Assembly: GCA_046543235.1 (NCBI GenBank)
Contig: JBKGZT010000031.1
Location: 1 to 16,258 of the forward strand
Reading direction: 5' to 3'
Source: Candidatus Acetothermia bacterium
Lineage (GTDB): Bacteria; Bipolaricaulota; Bipolaricaulia; M55B111
DNA length: 16,258 nucleotides
Notes under the pieces: model-generated
What the model was told of the DNA's origin: nothing
Seen by the model: only the letters and a program-made list of their open reading frames with translations
The model's database searches: none
Shown: piece after piece, positions 15,863 through 16,258 of the stretch
How positions within the stretch are numbered: the stretch's first letter is position 1
How the letters are laid out: each line of letters opens with the position of its first letter
Translations under genes and position numbers: made by a program

Positions 15863-15890
15863 ATTATAGAAGTTGTCAAGTCCAGGTCAA
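15863..15890 (-). promoter_or_regulatory. Putative sigma70-type promoter driving the Mth938-kinase-(regulator-lipid) run
   Basis: Minus strand TTGACC (15890-15885), 16 nt spacer, perfect TATAAT (15868-15863), about 50 nt upstream of the GTG start. Confidence 0.65.
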
Positions 15891-15948
15891 TAATTCTCCA
15901 CTGGACGGAGCATCCCTCGGCCAAGCAGGATGGTGCCTTGCAATAGGG

Positions 15949-15989
15949 AAAAGCCGCCCCCCTGGGAACCTCGCATCGAGGCCCCCGGC
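15949..15989 (-). terminator. Possible intrinsic terminator / stem-loop after the MFS gene
   Basis: Minus-strand stem GGGGGCCUCG-AUG-CGAGGUUCCC (15986-15964), whose G-U pairs form only on this strand. An outer GCCG/CGGC pair is followed by UUUU. Begins about 7 nt after the stop codon. Confidence 0.4.
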
Positions 15990-15996
15990 CTAGTAT

Positions 15997-16257
15997 TTAT
16001 CGAAAGATGACGGCCAAAGCCAGGCTACCCACGGCGGCAAAGACGCCGGCTGACAGCAAAGCACTCCCGAGAGAAAGACTCTCCGCGACCGTTGAGAAGG
16101 CCCAGGTTCCGAAGGCGGCGCCAAAGGTACCCAGGGTTCCCCTGATCCCCATAGCTACACCCCGCTCCTCTTCCTTCGTGTTCTTCCCTATGATGTCAAA
16201 TACTATCGGCAGATAAAGTCCGGAACCGAGACCCCAAAGGGCGGAAAATACTCCGAG
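15997..16257 (-). CDS. MFS transporter, C-terminal fragment (truncated by window edge)
   Basis: My translation: LGVFSALWGLGSGLYLPIVFDIIGKNTKEEERGVAMGIRGTLGTFGAAFGTWAFSTVAESLSLGSALLSAGVFAAVGSLALAVIFR*. This matches the MFS TM10-12 pattern 'G.G.G...P...........RG.AMG'. Not in the ORF track because there is no start codon in the window. Confidence 0.8.
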   Translation of the reverse strand, partial: LGVFSALWGLGSGLYLPIVFDIIGKNTKEEERGVAMGIRGTLGTFGAAFGTWAFSTVAESLSLGSALLSAGVFAAVGSLALAVIFR

Positions 16258-16258
16258 T

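Noticed and set aside
15814-15924. Extended N-terminus of the Mth938-like ORF
   Set aside because: It spans the predicted promoter. GTG 15813 gives the conserved MKIDSYSFG start.
15930-15990. tRNA or SRP RNA in the GC-rich intergenic region
   Set aside because: No cloverleaf, no GTTCRA T-loop and no SRP helix-8 motif.
16007-16216. 69-aa plus-strand ORF
   Set aside because: It is antisense to the clear MFS C-terminal reading frame.

Overview
This is a bacterial chromosomal window of about 55% GC with no mobile element, CRISPR array or RNA gene that I can support. The plus strand (151-3478) carries housekeeping genes: rqcH/NFACT, an M50 site-2 protease and rsmI. A convergent YkuK-family RNase H-like gene follows. 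The minus strand from about 15813 down to 4015 is one tightly packed run, in transcription order: Mth938-like protein, 6-TM HisKA_3 sensor kinase, NarL-type response regulator, short-chain polyprenyl diphosphate synthase, hpnH (radical SAM), hpnG (nucleosidase), hpnA (SDR), ispG, ispH, yjbQ, hpnC, hpnD, hpnE. The C-terminal end of an MFS transporter sits at the right edge. The most striking feature is a hopanoid-type cluster that has precursor supply, squalene synthesis and the post-cyclisation adenosyl/ribosyl enzymes but no squalene-hopene cyclase (shc/hpnF). Both ends of the cluster are visible and there is no gap where shc could lie. The cluster also contains an unexpected YjbQ gene and is translationally coupled to the response regulator of a DesK/DesR-like membrane-sensing two-component system. 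The proteins are markedly acidic, which suggests a halophile (inference). All gene calls come from recognising motifs by eye, not from database searches.
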